The notes below the pieces were generated by a model. That model was not told the DNA's origin. It saw only the letters and a program-made list of their open reading frames with translations, and ran no database searches. This document shows, piece after piece, positions 8,724 to 16,796 of a DNA stretch of 57,080 nt. The DNA is taken from assembly GCA_030637025.1 (NCBI GenBank), contig DAOVVV010000015.1, positions 1-57,080 on the forward strand. Direction: 5' to 3'. A program made the translations under genes and the position numbers. The DNA is from Clostridia bacterium. Its GTDB lineage: Bacteria > CBDUZB01 > JAGLHV01. Each line of letters opens with the position of its first letter. Position 1 is the first letter of the stretch.

Positions 8724-10032
8724 CTAAATCGTCCAATAACTTTGTTAATTCTTTCATTCCTCGTTCATATAAATCTTTATATTCGTTTAGATTATCATGC
8801 AACGGTCCTGACATTTGAATTCGCAAATAATTGTTTGTTGAATTATTATATTTTTGAATACCTATTCTATATGTTTTTAAATTATTGGTAGCTGTTTTAC
8901 CATCTTTAAAATTCGTATCCCTATATGTAGAAGCATCTTGTATATTTGCCCTTTTTATTGATGCTCTCCTGATGACACAAGGTAAACATATACCACAGTG
9001 GCTTGGAGCAGACTCCCCTTGATACCTTCCAACATCTGGATGAGAGCAAGACATAGTATTGCTAATATTGTTAGTTAATAAAATTTTATTTTTACATTCA
9101 AGTATCATTTCTCCTTTTGTTTTAAACTGGTAAGGATTATATAATTTGACTTGAACACTAAGACCTTTTATAAGTTTTTGTATTAGCTTCATATAATATG
9201 GATGTGTTGTTCTTGTACTACTACTACCAAGCCTAGAATTAGTAAGCGGAATATTTAATGAAATAAGTCCATTTTCTGGAATAATTAAATCTATTTCCTT
9301 TTCCATTGTAGTGGCTAAAACAATAGCATGGGCAAAAAACATAAATGATCTTGTTCTTGTAGTATCTTCAACTCCATGAAGAGGTGATGCATGAAACTTA
9401 AAGACTTCAAACTTCTTTAACGGGTATTTTTCTTTTAAAGCATTATGAACATTATCAATAAATTTTGTTCCACTTGAACCTCCTCCATAATGATTTACAA
9501 ATGCAATATTGTCTGATGTTTCAAGTAAATCAATTGCTCCTATATATGAGTCCAAACCACCTGAAAGCATACATAATTTATTAAAAACAAGTTTTTCACT
9601 TCTATTTTTCTCTATTTTTTTCTTAAAATCTTCTTCATGAGAATTCAACTTTCTCACTCTAAATTCAATCTCCCAAATATCACCACTTAAAAATGATAAC
9701 ATTTCCTCTAATAATTCTTTTTGAGATTTCCATTTATATATAGATAAAACAGGCAGGTATAACTTTATTTTTCGAGTCCATGCATCTGGAAACATTTCTC
9801 GTTGTATTAGCCGATCTGCATAGAATATAAACAGAGAAATATATAATAAATCTAAACCTTCAGAAGAATAAAAGAGTGGTAGGCTCTTAAGCTTCTTATT
9901 ATGATATGTTCCTGTATTCCAGAAAGTATAATGATAATGTGCTTTATTTGAGAGATTAACCTCTAATGCCTCTGTTGAAATTGAGAAGTCGTCATCTTCA
10001 TTTAACTTACAGATAATATCTATAGTATCCAT
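8716..10032 (-). CDS. qatC: Qat anti-phage system QueC-like protein QatC
   Basis: SGGLDS PP-loop, PENG, TRTTHP, SCSHP...HCGICLPC Zn site; likely ATG at 10032 overlapping the qatB stop (TAATG). Confidence 0.93.
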   Translation of the reverse strand: MDTIDIICKLNEDDDFSISTEALEVNLSNKAHYHYTFWNTGTYHNKKLKSLPLFYSSEGLDLLYISLFIFYADRLIQREMFPDAWTRKIKLYLPVLSIYKWKSQKELLEEMLSFLSGDIWEIEFRVRKLNSHEEDFKKKIEKNRSEKLVFNKLCMLSGGLDSYIGAIDLLETSDNIAFVNHYGGGSSGTKFIDNVHNALKEKYPLKKFEVFKFHASPLHGVEDTTRTRSFMFFAHAIVLATTMEKEIDLIIPENGLISLNIPLTNSRLGSSSTRTTHPYYMKLIQKLIKGLSVQVKLYNPYQFKTKGEMILECKNKILLTNNISNTMSCSHPDVGRYQGESAPSHCGICLPCVIRRASIKRANIQDASTYRDTNFKDGKTATNNLKTYRIGIQKYNNSTNNYLRIQMSGPLHDNLNEYKDLYERGMKELTKLLDDLDD

Positions 10033-10847
10033 TATAGGGCTCCCTCTATTACAGAATAACAATCCGCATATATCTCATTAATAATTTTCAGTACTGCGAT
10101 TGATGTATAATCAAAGGTAGGCATATTGCGATCTTTTAATTCATTATCTACAACACCAGAAATATATCCTTTTATTTCGTTCTCTATCTTTAAAGCCGAA
10201 CCTTCATTTTGAGAGTGTTCTTCAAATCTACTTTCTAGATCATTTAAAAAACGCTGAAATATGTATGATGCTATATACTTATTCATAACAGTGTTAAATT
10301 TTTCTTCATCCAAGTTGTTTAAAGAATTTATATCATCATTATTTTCTGCAACCTCTTCATAAAGTATTTCCACAGCATCTAATAATGCATTTCTAGCGAC
10401 TGCATCTTCCTTGGTATTTGGAGCTGGTGCAATTTTATTAATTAAATCACCAAGCACTTCTGCAACATTTCGTCCAATAAATTCAATCTTAAATTGGTTT
10501 AATGTATTTTGAATGCCCTGAGATGATATACTAGATAAAAATCCTCCCAATTTTGCAGTTGTCGATTTTCCTGATATTGCTGAATAAGCGGCCTTCCTAG
10601 CTCCACCATGTGCCTTAACATATGATGAAAGAGCAGCATTGGTATTTCTATTTGAGCCGCCTATTAGTCTTGATATTTGAGTCTTTGCATTTTGCCAAAG
10701 TACCGTATTGGGATTCTTTGCTGTATCCTTAAGCGGTTGAGGTTGTTGAGCATCTGGATTTTCAGAAGGAGTTTCGTTGCCATTAAAATCATTGGGTAGT
10801 AAAGGATTTTTACCTTTAGGTCCTCCATAGCTACTTGATGTACCCAT
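10032..10847 (-). CDS. qatB: Qat anti-phage system protein QatB
   Basis: MGTSSSYGGP N-terminus characteristic of QatB; lies between the KAP NTPase and QueC-like genes. Confidence 0.88.
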   Translation of the reverse strand: MGTSSSYGGPKGKNPLLPNDFNGNETPSENPDAQQPQPLKDTAKNPNTVLWQNAKTQISRLIGGSNRNTNAALSSYVKAHGGARKAAYSAISGKSTTAKLGGFLSSISSQGIQNTLNQFKIEFIGRNVAEVLGDLINKIAPAPNTKEDAVARNALLDAVEILYEEVAENNDDINSLNNLDEEKFNTVMNKYIASYIFQRFLNDLESRFEEHSQNEGSALKIENEIKGYISGVVDNELKDRNMPTFDYTSIAVLKIINEIYADCYSVIEGAL

Positions 10848-12676
10848 TATTTAACCTCCTTAAAATCTTTTTTTATTGCAGCCTCTAATTTTGTATTTTC
10901 TTTTGCCCAACGATTCACAATCTCTTGAACTTCGTATGTTTTACCTGTAGATTCCATAAACTCTTTAACTCGTGGAATGATGGTGAATGTTAGTTTGTCA
11001 CCGGTTAACTGATTCAAACAACTAATAGTTCCTGTATATAAAAATTCTTTACTTGCTCCCCATTCTAATAGTGATCTAAATAATTTAAAATTAACCTTTG
11101 AATCAGATAATATTTTATCAGATAACTTTTCTAAAATTATATTGGCTTCTGAATCATTAATACTGGCTAAGGATTTGAGTGCAGTTTTTCTTTGTGAATC
11201 AGCACCGCTTAATAAATTTTCTAAAGTCTTTTTTGCGATTGGAGACAACCTAAACCGTCCTAAATTTAATTGACTTGATAGACTCTCCCGTGAAAAATAG
11301 AAATACGGTCGCAAATCAATATCAGTCAATTTTGGCGATAACCCAATCCAATCAATAACCCATTTATCATCTTTCCATAATTTAAGTTCTTTAATATCAT
11401 CCCAATTATCTTCCTCAATTAACTTAAGTTCATTAGGTTTGCCCTTTTCTAATGATTGAATCTCTGATAATTTTCTAAACAATTCTGCTTTAAAGTATTC
11501 CAACAGCATAAGTTTCGCTAAAACTTTTCTATCTAAAGTCAAGTTTCTATGGAAAGACATTTTTTCTCTCATTGAAAGAGAATTTAAAAATCTTTTACAA
11601 TGTCTCGGATTTCCATTCAGGCCAATTGATAAGACCGAAGAAAGTTGCTTTGCAAGTAATAATGTATCTCTTGAATTAGTAGCTATTTTAGGTAATTCTT
11701 CGTTAAGCTTCTCATATGATAATTCAAATTCAAGGAAATTATCTTTTTTTGATTTTGAAATAAAATCCAAGAATTTGTTAAAGTCTTCATCATTTAATTC
11801 ATTTTGTAAGAGTAAGCACAATATGTAAAACTCAACTTCTCTACTGCTAAGTTGTGGTATCCTGATTGGATATTGAATCATTTTCTCAAGATATTCTTTC
11901 CCAATATCAATTTGATTTCCTTCAATTTCAGAATATTTTTTTCTTACCGAATAAATTACATGCCGTTCATCTGCACCTATAACAAATGAAGTGTTTTGAG
12001 TAAAAAGGAAAAGTCTAATTGCTTCAAGAGTATCTAATATTGTAGCAGGATTACATCTATCAAGTTCATCGATGAAAACTACTAATTTATCTATTTTTGA
12101 TTCTTTAAGTAATTCTGTAAAATCTTTTTGAAATGTTTTAATATTTTTACGAAGCTCTTCACTTTTAAATTCTTTTTTAAGAATATTATCTATATCTTTT
12201 TCTGAAACATTTCTTGGTTTGTCTTTTATTTTAGAAAGAATACTTTTCACTGTAATATCTGCAATCGTACCTATTCCACCTGTTGTTAAAAAATCTATCC
12301 CATATTTCAACCCCATACTTGCTAGTTTTAGCTTATCAGTATTTTTGTATAGTCTTTTAAGTATTTCTTTTGCTTTGCCTGTTGGCGATTTTTTTTTGTT
12401 AATTTTATCAAGTATTGTTCCCAAAAAAGCTGTTTTTGCATCTTCATAGCCTTCAAACAACCAGCCATTAAATTTGATACAAAGAGTATTTTTTTCTTTT
12501 GATAATCCTTCAATGCACATTTGCATGAGACTTGATTTTCCACTTCCCCAATTGCCATAAACCCCAATACTGGACGGGGAAAGATTCTTATCATTGATTA
12601 TATCTGTAACCGTTTCGGTTAAATATTTAAAATCAAGAAAATCAATTTTAGTCTCACTATCTTTCCACATTTTCAT
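10847..12676 (-). CDS. qatA: Qat anti-phage system KAP-family P-loop NTPase QatA
   Basis: MWKDSETKIDFLDF start, Walker A GNWGSGKS, Walker B VFIDELDRC, YLEKMIQ, NPRHCKRFLN. Confidence 0.93.
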   Translation of the reverse strand: MKMWKDSETKIDFLDFKYLTETVTDIINDKNLSPSSIGVYGNWGSGKSSLMQMCIEGLSKEKNTLCIKFNGWLFEGYEDAKTAFLGTILDKINKKKSPTGKAKEILKRLYKNTDKLKLASMGLKYGIDFLTTGGIGTIADITVKSILSKIKDKPRNVSEKDIDNILKKEFKSEELRKNIKTFQKDFTELLKESKIDKLVVFIDELDRCNPATILDTLEAIRLFLFTQNTSFVIGADERHVIYSVRKKYSEIEGNQIDIGKEYLEKMIQYPIRIPQLSSREVEFYILCLLLQNELNDEDFNKFLDFISKSKKDNFLEFELSYEKLNEELPKIATNSRDTLLLAKQLSSVLSIGLNGNPRHCKRFLNSLSMREKMSFHRNLTLDRKVLAKLMLLEYFKAELFRKLSEIQSLEKGKPNELKLIEEDNWDDIKELKLWKDDKWVIDWIGLSPKLTDIDLRPYFYFSRESLSSQLNLGRFRLSPIAKKTLENLLSGADSQRKTALKSLASINDSEANIILEKLSDKILSDSKVNFKLFRSLLEWGASKEFLYTGTISCLNQLTGDKLTFTIIPRVKEFMESTGKTYEVQEIVNRWAKENTKLEAAIKKDFKEVK

Positions 12677-12689
12677 TCTCCATTAAGAC

Positions 12690-12761
12690 TTATAACGTTT
12701 AAGCTCACTGGATTTCACGGAGCGCAGCGGAGTGAAATTCCAGTGCAGCGCCTTGTTAGGT
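12690..12761 (-). mobile_element. Integron attC recombination site (72 bp)
   Basis: - strand: R'' ACCTAAC ... GCT-G-CACTGGAATTTCAC / GTGAAATCCAGTG-AGC stem with an unpaired base ... R' GTTATAA. Confidence 0.9.
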
Positions 12762-12779
12762 GAATTTTTCCCGCACAAA

Positions 12780-13772
12780 CTAGAATATTGGACCTGAATG
12801 GTCTGGTGCATTTGATCCTGCCTCAAAATTCATCAAATTAAAGAAACTCCTCCTTGTATCAGTATCATATAAGTCAACACTGCCAATATGGTGATAACCG
12901 CAATCTCTTGTTTTTGAGTACAGGCGGCCATTTATTTTTTCAGTATTCAATTCAACTGTTAGTGCTCCAAAATCTATTTCATAGACATTCTTAAGTATTT
13001 TCTGGGTAGGGCTTGGAAACCTCTTTTTGTATTTATCGTTATATGGTGGTTCAAAATACCTTATTAACCCGGCCTCAATAAGCGATATTTCAAGATCCTT
13101 TGATATTAAAGCATGTTGCTTTTGTAGATCAGCAATAACATCACGATCATCTTCGAGTTTTAATGATTTATCTCGACCATCAAACGAAATAATTGTTTGG
13201 GGTGAGACATATTGAGCCATAATTATAAGAGCCTCCATATCTGGAAAATCATTATTTATATCTGCCAACACTTGTTGCAACGTAGAATGACTCTGTAACC
13301 TGTCCTTTGCCGAGCGCCTTCCTTCAGCATATGACATTCCAATATAAACGACTTCTAAATCACGAATAGATTGATCATTAATGTAATCACACATCATACA
13401 TAAGAGATGTGCTGGAGCAGTAAAAAAAGTTACACCATCCTTAATTAGCGAGAGTTTTGTGTGTGGATAGTCACTAATTTCAATTGAATCGGCATTTGCT
13501 TCACCTATCAACGAGAATTCAACTTCCTTTGCAACTCCATTCTTACGATAAGTAAATTTACCTATTGTCTTGCAATCATCTACAACAATTGATCCAGGAA
13601 CATAAGAAATACGAGGTCTTTTGACGATTAAATAGATATGGCAGTCGTCAGCCAGTTCATTAGCTTCTTGAGATTGCTGCTCTATATTCTTAATCTCTTT
13701 TGGGTGCAACAATAACAGCCCATCAGAATAAAAGCTCAGAGCTAATTCAGAAATGTATTTTCTAGTCGCCAT
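12780..13772 (-). CDS. Cassette-borne hypothetical protein, probable divergent GIY-YIG nuclease
   Basis: HIY(45-47)...YIG(143-145)...R158...E233-AGLIRYFEPPY-N245, paralleling the UvrC N-terminal motifs. Confidence 0.65.
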   Translation of the reverse strand: MATRKYISELALSFYSDGLLLLHPKEIKNIEQQSQEANELADDCHIYLIVKRPRISYVPGSIVVDDCKTIGKFTYRKNGVAKEVEFSLIGEANADSIEISDYPHTKLSLIKDGVTFFTAPAHLLCMMCDYINDQSIRDLEVVYIGMSYAEGRRSAKDRLQSHSTLQQVLADINNDFPDMEALIIMAQYVSPQTIISFDGRDKSLKLEDDRDVIADLQKQHALISKDLEISLIEAGLIRYFEPPYNDKYKKRFPSPTQKILKNVYEIDFGALTVELNTEKINGRLYSKTRDCGYHHIGSVDLYDTDTRRSFFNLMNFEAGSNAPDHSGPIF

Positions 13773-13808
13773 CTTTGATTATTCACACCTTTCTAGAATG
13801 TATTTTTC

Positions 13809-13874
13809 TCCTAACATTAAAAATCACCTGCCCGAACCCGTAGGGTGAGGGTCAGGTGGATTGCTTTGTTGGAA
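13809..13874 (-). mobile_element. Integron attC recombination site (66 bp)
   Basis: - strand: R'' TTCCAAC ... AATC-C-ACCTGACC / GGGCAGGT-GATT stem ... R' GTTAGGA. Confidence 0.88.
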
Positions 13875-14552
13875 TTTCTTTATTATTATTGAATAAATAT
13901 TACCCCCAACAGATGAAGTTGTCTTTTCAATGTCACGCATTGTATTCTGGAAAGCTCTTTTAATGCTTTTGTCTTCGGGAATTCCTTGTTTTATATATTT
14001 TTTTGTATATGAAGTCATGATTTCGATAGGATTAAGCTTATTCCCACTATTAGTACATAAAACTGCAAATTCAAAAGAATCTTTTTTAATGTCTAATTTT
14101 CTTTCTTGAATTGAAAAAGGTTGTTTATGCATATTATCTATGATAAATAACATAGGGAGGTTATTTTTGTCGTATCCTGCAATAAAAACTATAAGTCTTC
14201 TGTCTTTCTTTGTAGTTGTTAGATTCCATTTATCAATAATTATTCTTTGTGCAACATGGACGATATCCTGAATATTATTAGCTACATTTATATTTTCTAT
14301 TATTTCTTCTGTTAATTCTGGAATATAAACCCCAGCTGTAAGCATACCAATCTTATTTGTTATTTGATGCACTTTTGATATATTATTTAAAGCAATTTTA
14401 CCTGATTTGTTATAAGTTGTCCTTCCATCTGAAAAAAGGTATATGGAATCATTTGAAAAAATGGCAGCTATTAATGTTCCAGAGAAATAATAATTCTCAA
14501 AACAAAAAACGCTAAATATTAAAGAAGCAATTATAAATACAGTCTTATTCAT
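13824..14552 (-). CDS. Cassette-borne proteasome-beta/Ntn-hydrolase-like protein with N-terminal signal peptide
   Basis: Hydrophobic leader, then G|T1..D17-G-R19-T-T21..K35..AG49 and C-terminal SVGGNI; ORF reads through the attC site. Confidence 0.65.
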   Translation of the reverse strand: MNKTVFIIASLIFSVFCFENYYFSGTLIAAIFSNDSIYLFSDGRTTYNKSGKIALNNISKVHQITNKIGMLTAGVYIPELTEEIIENINVANNIQDIVHVAQRIIIDKWNLTTTKKDRRLIVFIAGYDKNNLPMLFIIDNMHKQPFSIQERKLDIKKDSFEFAVLCTNSGNKLNPIEIMTSYTKKYIKQGIPEDKSIKRAFQNTMRDIEKTTSSVGGNIYSIIIKKFQQSNPPDPHPTGSGR

Positions 14553-14559
14553 TTTTATT

Positions 14560-14590
14560 ATTCCAACATTATATATTATCTGGTTACTCT
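14560..14590 (-). mobile_element. attI-like cassette insertion site (G|TTGGAAT core)
   Basis: GTTGGAAT at 14567-14560 is the exact complement of the first cassette's R'' ATTCCAAC; no attC hairpin upstream. Confidence 0.6.
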
Positions 14591-14614
14591 ATTTTCAGAA
14601 AACCACACTACATT

Positions 14615-14644
14615 ATTATAAAAAACAAAAGGGTTTAGTGTCAA
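14615..14644 (-). promoter_or_regulatory. Consensus sigma70 promoter (Pc-like) facing the cassette array
   Basis: TTGACA(14644-39)-N18-TATAAT(14620-15). Confidence 0.75.
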
Positions 14645-14829
14645 CTTTTTTATTTTTTCTCTTGCCCGATGACAAAACACATGATATTTAATAGTTATAC
14701 AGTGACTGCATAAATTGACAAAGGTGTTATTAAAATGGACTGTTTTGAAAAACATTGCTTAAAGTTTTAATTTATTGAAGTATCTGTCCCCTATGTTCGC
14801 CTATATTTTTTCTATCTCCCTGTTTTCTC

Positions 14830-15597
14830 CTATTGAGGCAAGTTATTAATTTTTTCCATAAGTAATTCTTTTAAATTATCCACAATCTTTCTTTGTTGTA
14901 AAGGTAAGAACTTACCTAAATCCTGTGACATCTTTTTAGAATTAATTGCTTTTATCTTCCTGACTAAATCATCCGGGGATATCTTCTTTTTGTAATAAAG
15001 CATCTTTTTATTAACCATTTCCCAATTAATCCGGACTTGTTTTGTTAGCAAGAACCAGATATCAAAAAAATCCCTTCCTTTTGCTCTGGTCATTATTGCT
15101 CTTATTTTCTCAGCAAGAATCTCCTCTATTTCTAAATGACGAATAACAGGATATGGTCCAACAGGAAAAAGGGTTTCTAAAATGCTTTCTTTACTGGTTA
15201 AAGGTTTTTCCCGGAAAGAAAAATCCAAATGAACATTTAAAGGAAATTTCAAATTTTCTGCTTTAAAACTTAAAAATCCTGTTAAACTCACCTTGCTAAT
15301 TTCTATTTTCTTTAATGTTACATTAGGAATAGTCAAATTGGTATCTTTAAGAGCTTTTTCTAAAATCTTAAATAATTTTTTTCCGGAAATAAGGGAAGTA
15401 AAATCTAAATCTTCGGAAAACCTAAAAGATTGAAACAAAAGTCTTAGAGCAGTCCCCCCTTTGAAAAAAATTTTATCACTTTCTCTCCGGGTATAGAGAT
15501 TGGAAAGAAAAACTATCTGTAAATATTCTCTTATTACAGAAAATTTATCTATCTTAAATTTCTGACTCAAATTTTGAATTTGTTCCGTCGTAATCAT
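14830..15597 (-). CDS. abiEii: Type IV TA toxin, AbiEii-family nucleotidyltransferase
   Basis: FKGGTALRL..FRFSEDLDF, EILAEKIRA, RAKGRDFFD. Confidence 0.92.
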   Translation of the reverse strand: MITTEQIQNLSQKFKIDKFSVIREYLQIVFLSNLYTRRESDKIFFKGGTALRLLFQSFRFSEDLDFTSLISGKKLFKILEKALKDTNLTIPNVTLKKIEISKVSLTGFLSFKAENLKFPLNVHLDFSFREKPLTSKESILETLFPVGPYPVIRHLEIEEILAEKIRAIMTRAKGRDFFDIWFLLTKQVRINWEMVNKKMLYYKKKISPDDLVRKIKAINSKKMSQDLGKFLPLQQRKIVDNLKELLMEKINNLPQ

Positions 15598-16172
15598 TTT
15601 ATTATCTTTCTTAATAAATTATGAAAAATGGGGCTTTTTATCTTTGAGGCCAGTTGTTTTAAACGAACAGGATCAACATCTTTAAGAATCCACTCCTCAG
15701 AATTAATCGAAGTCCTCCCAAAAGATGCAAAAAAAATAGTATCTATAATTGCCTTTTCCTTATCGGCAATAAGAAATTTATCATTTTGATCATACCCAAA
15801 ATAATATCTTTGATCCAGATGTAAGTAAATAAATTCTTTATCACCAATTATAAAACGTTTTGTTCGCCTTGGGGTAACAGAAATAATTACTTGTGGAACC
15901 TGGAGAAGAATACCGTAATAAGCCAACGCCGATTCTAAAGAAATATAAGACGGTTTATACAAAAAATTAGCAATTTCAAAATTATCTAATTTCCTCAATC
16001 CTAAACAATAAACATCCCTTTTCAGCCTTAATAGCAGACCCGATTCAGTTAGTCTGTTTAATTGTGTATAAACAGTTTTATCTTTTAAATAAAGCAGTTT
16101 CTTCAAGTCTGCTAAACTGAAAAGAGACTTATTAGATTTTTCCAATACTCTAATAACTTCTAATTGTTTCAA
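15594..16172 (-). CDS. abiEi: Type IV TA antitoxin, AbiEi family
   Basis: wHTH N-terminus, PSYISLESALAYYG, ADKEKAIID; 4-bp overlap with the toxin gene. Confidence 0.9.
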   Translation of the reverse strand: MKQLEVIRVLEKSNKSLFSLADLKKLLYLKDKTVYTQLNRLTESGLLLRLKRDVYCLGLRKLDNFEIANFLYKPSYISLESALAYYGILLQVPQVIISVTPRRTKRFIIGDKEFIYLHLDQRYYFGYDQNDKFLIADKEKAIIDTIFFASFGRTSINSEEWILKDVDPVRLKQLASKIKSPIFHNLLRKIIK

Positions 16173-16303
16173 TCAATTACCCTCTAGCAAGCTACAAGGT
16201 ATGCAACTGTTGAATTATTCTAAAAATCCCCCTATCCCCCTTTTTCAAAGGGGGAACCCAACAAAGCAACCCCATAGCAAACACAAATTAAACCTCACCT
16301 GCT

Positions 16304-16356
16304 AATATATCCACAATACTTAACAATATTGTAAAGGATTGTGCATATATTGTCAA
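16304..16356 (-). promoter_or_regulatory. abiE promoter with overlapping 24-bp-arm inverted-repeat operator
   Basis: TTGACA(16356-51)-N17-TACAAT; IR arms 16304-16327 and 16328-16351 with 3 mismatches. Confidence 0.75.
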
Positions 16357-16397
16357 GTTGTTTTTTAACAACCTTGCCTCATTCCTTAAATATTATT

Positions 16398-16561
16398 AGG
16401 ATAGGGCAAATGTGTTTCGAACGATATAGCAAATTTTAGCGAAAATAAGCGTTAAAAAAATGAGCTTGTCTGAGCAAAGCGAGTTGCTCATTTTTAGCTT
16501 GTTTTTGCGTGCCCGCAGGGTAAAATTATGCGTCCAGAGAGAAACATATTTTGGCTTTATT
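16398..16561. repeat. MITE-like element (AATAAAGGCTAAATATGTTT-type ends)
   Basis: Homologous to 28393-28637 at both ends; central hairpin AAAAATGAGC..GCTCATTTTT. Confidence 0.7.
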
Positions 16562-16655
16562 AAACCACCCTATTTGTCCAATTGTTTTTTAAGGATTTTT
16601 CCCGGATTATTATTGAGCCCTTTAAGATAATTAGGTCTTCGGTCAGTTTTTAATA

Positions 16656-16796
16656 CAGACTGTGTCACAATTCAATTTTCTGGTTAGTAATTTCAAACCT
16701 TTAGGTTGCATCATCGACGAAGAAATTACGCAGGCTTCCTCCTCAGGCGGACAAGAAAGCCTGCGACTACCTAAAGAAAGGGCCTGTCACAGTTTG
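16656..16796. repeat. MITE-like element (CAGACTGTGTCA ends) with REP hairpins, overlapping the leuS stop
   Basis: CAGACTGTGTCAC ... GTCACAGTTTG; CGCAGGCTT..AAGCCTGCG-ACTAC hairpin. Confidence 0.6.

Noticed and set aside
7989-12676. KAP NTPase-QueC-TatD operon as a new system or as queuosine biosynthesis
   Set aside because: Matches the described Qat system; only its cassette context is notable
14645-14830. Integron integrase expected next to the attI-like site
   Set aside because: No ORF or tyrosine-recombinase motifs here or elsewhere in the window
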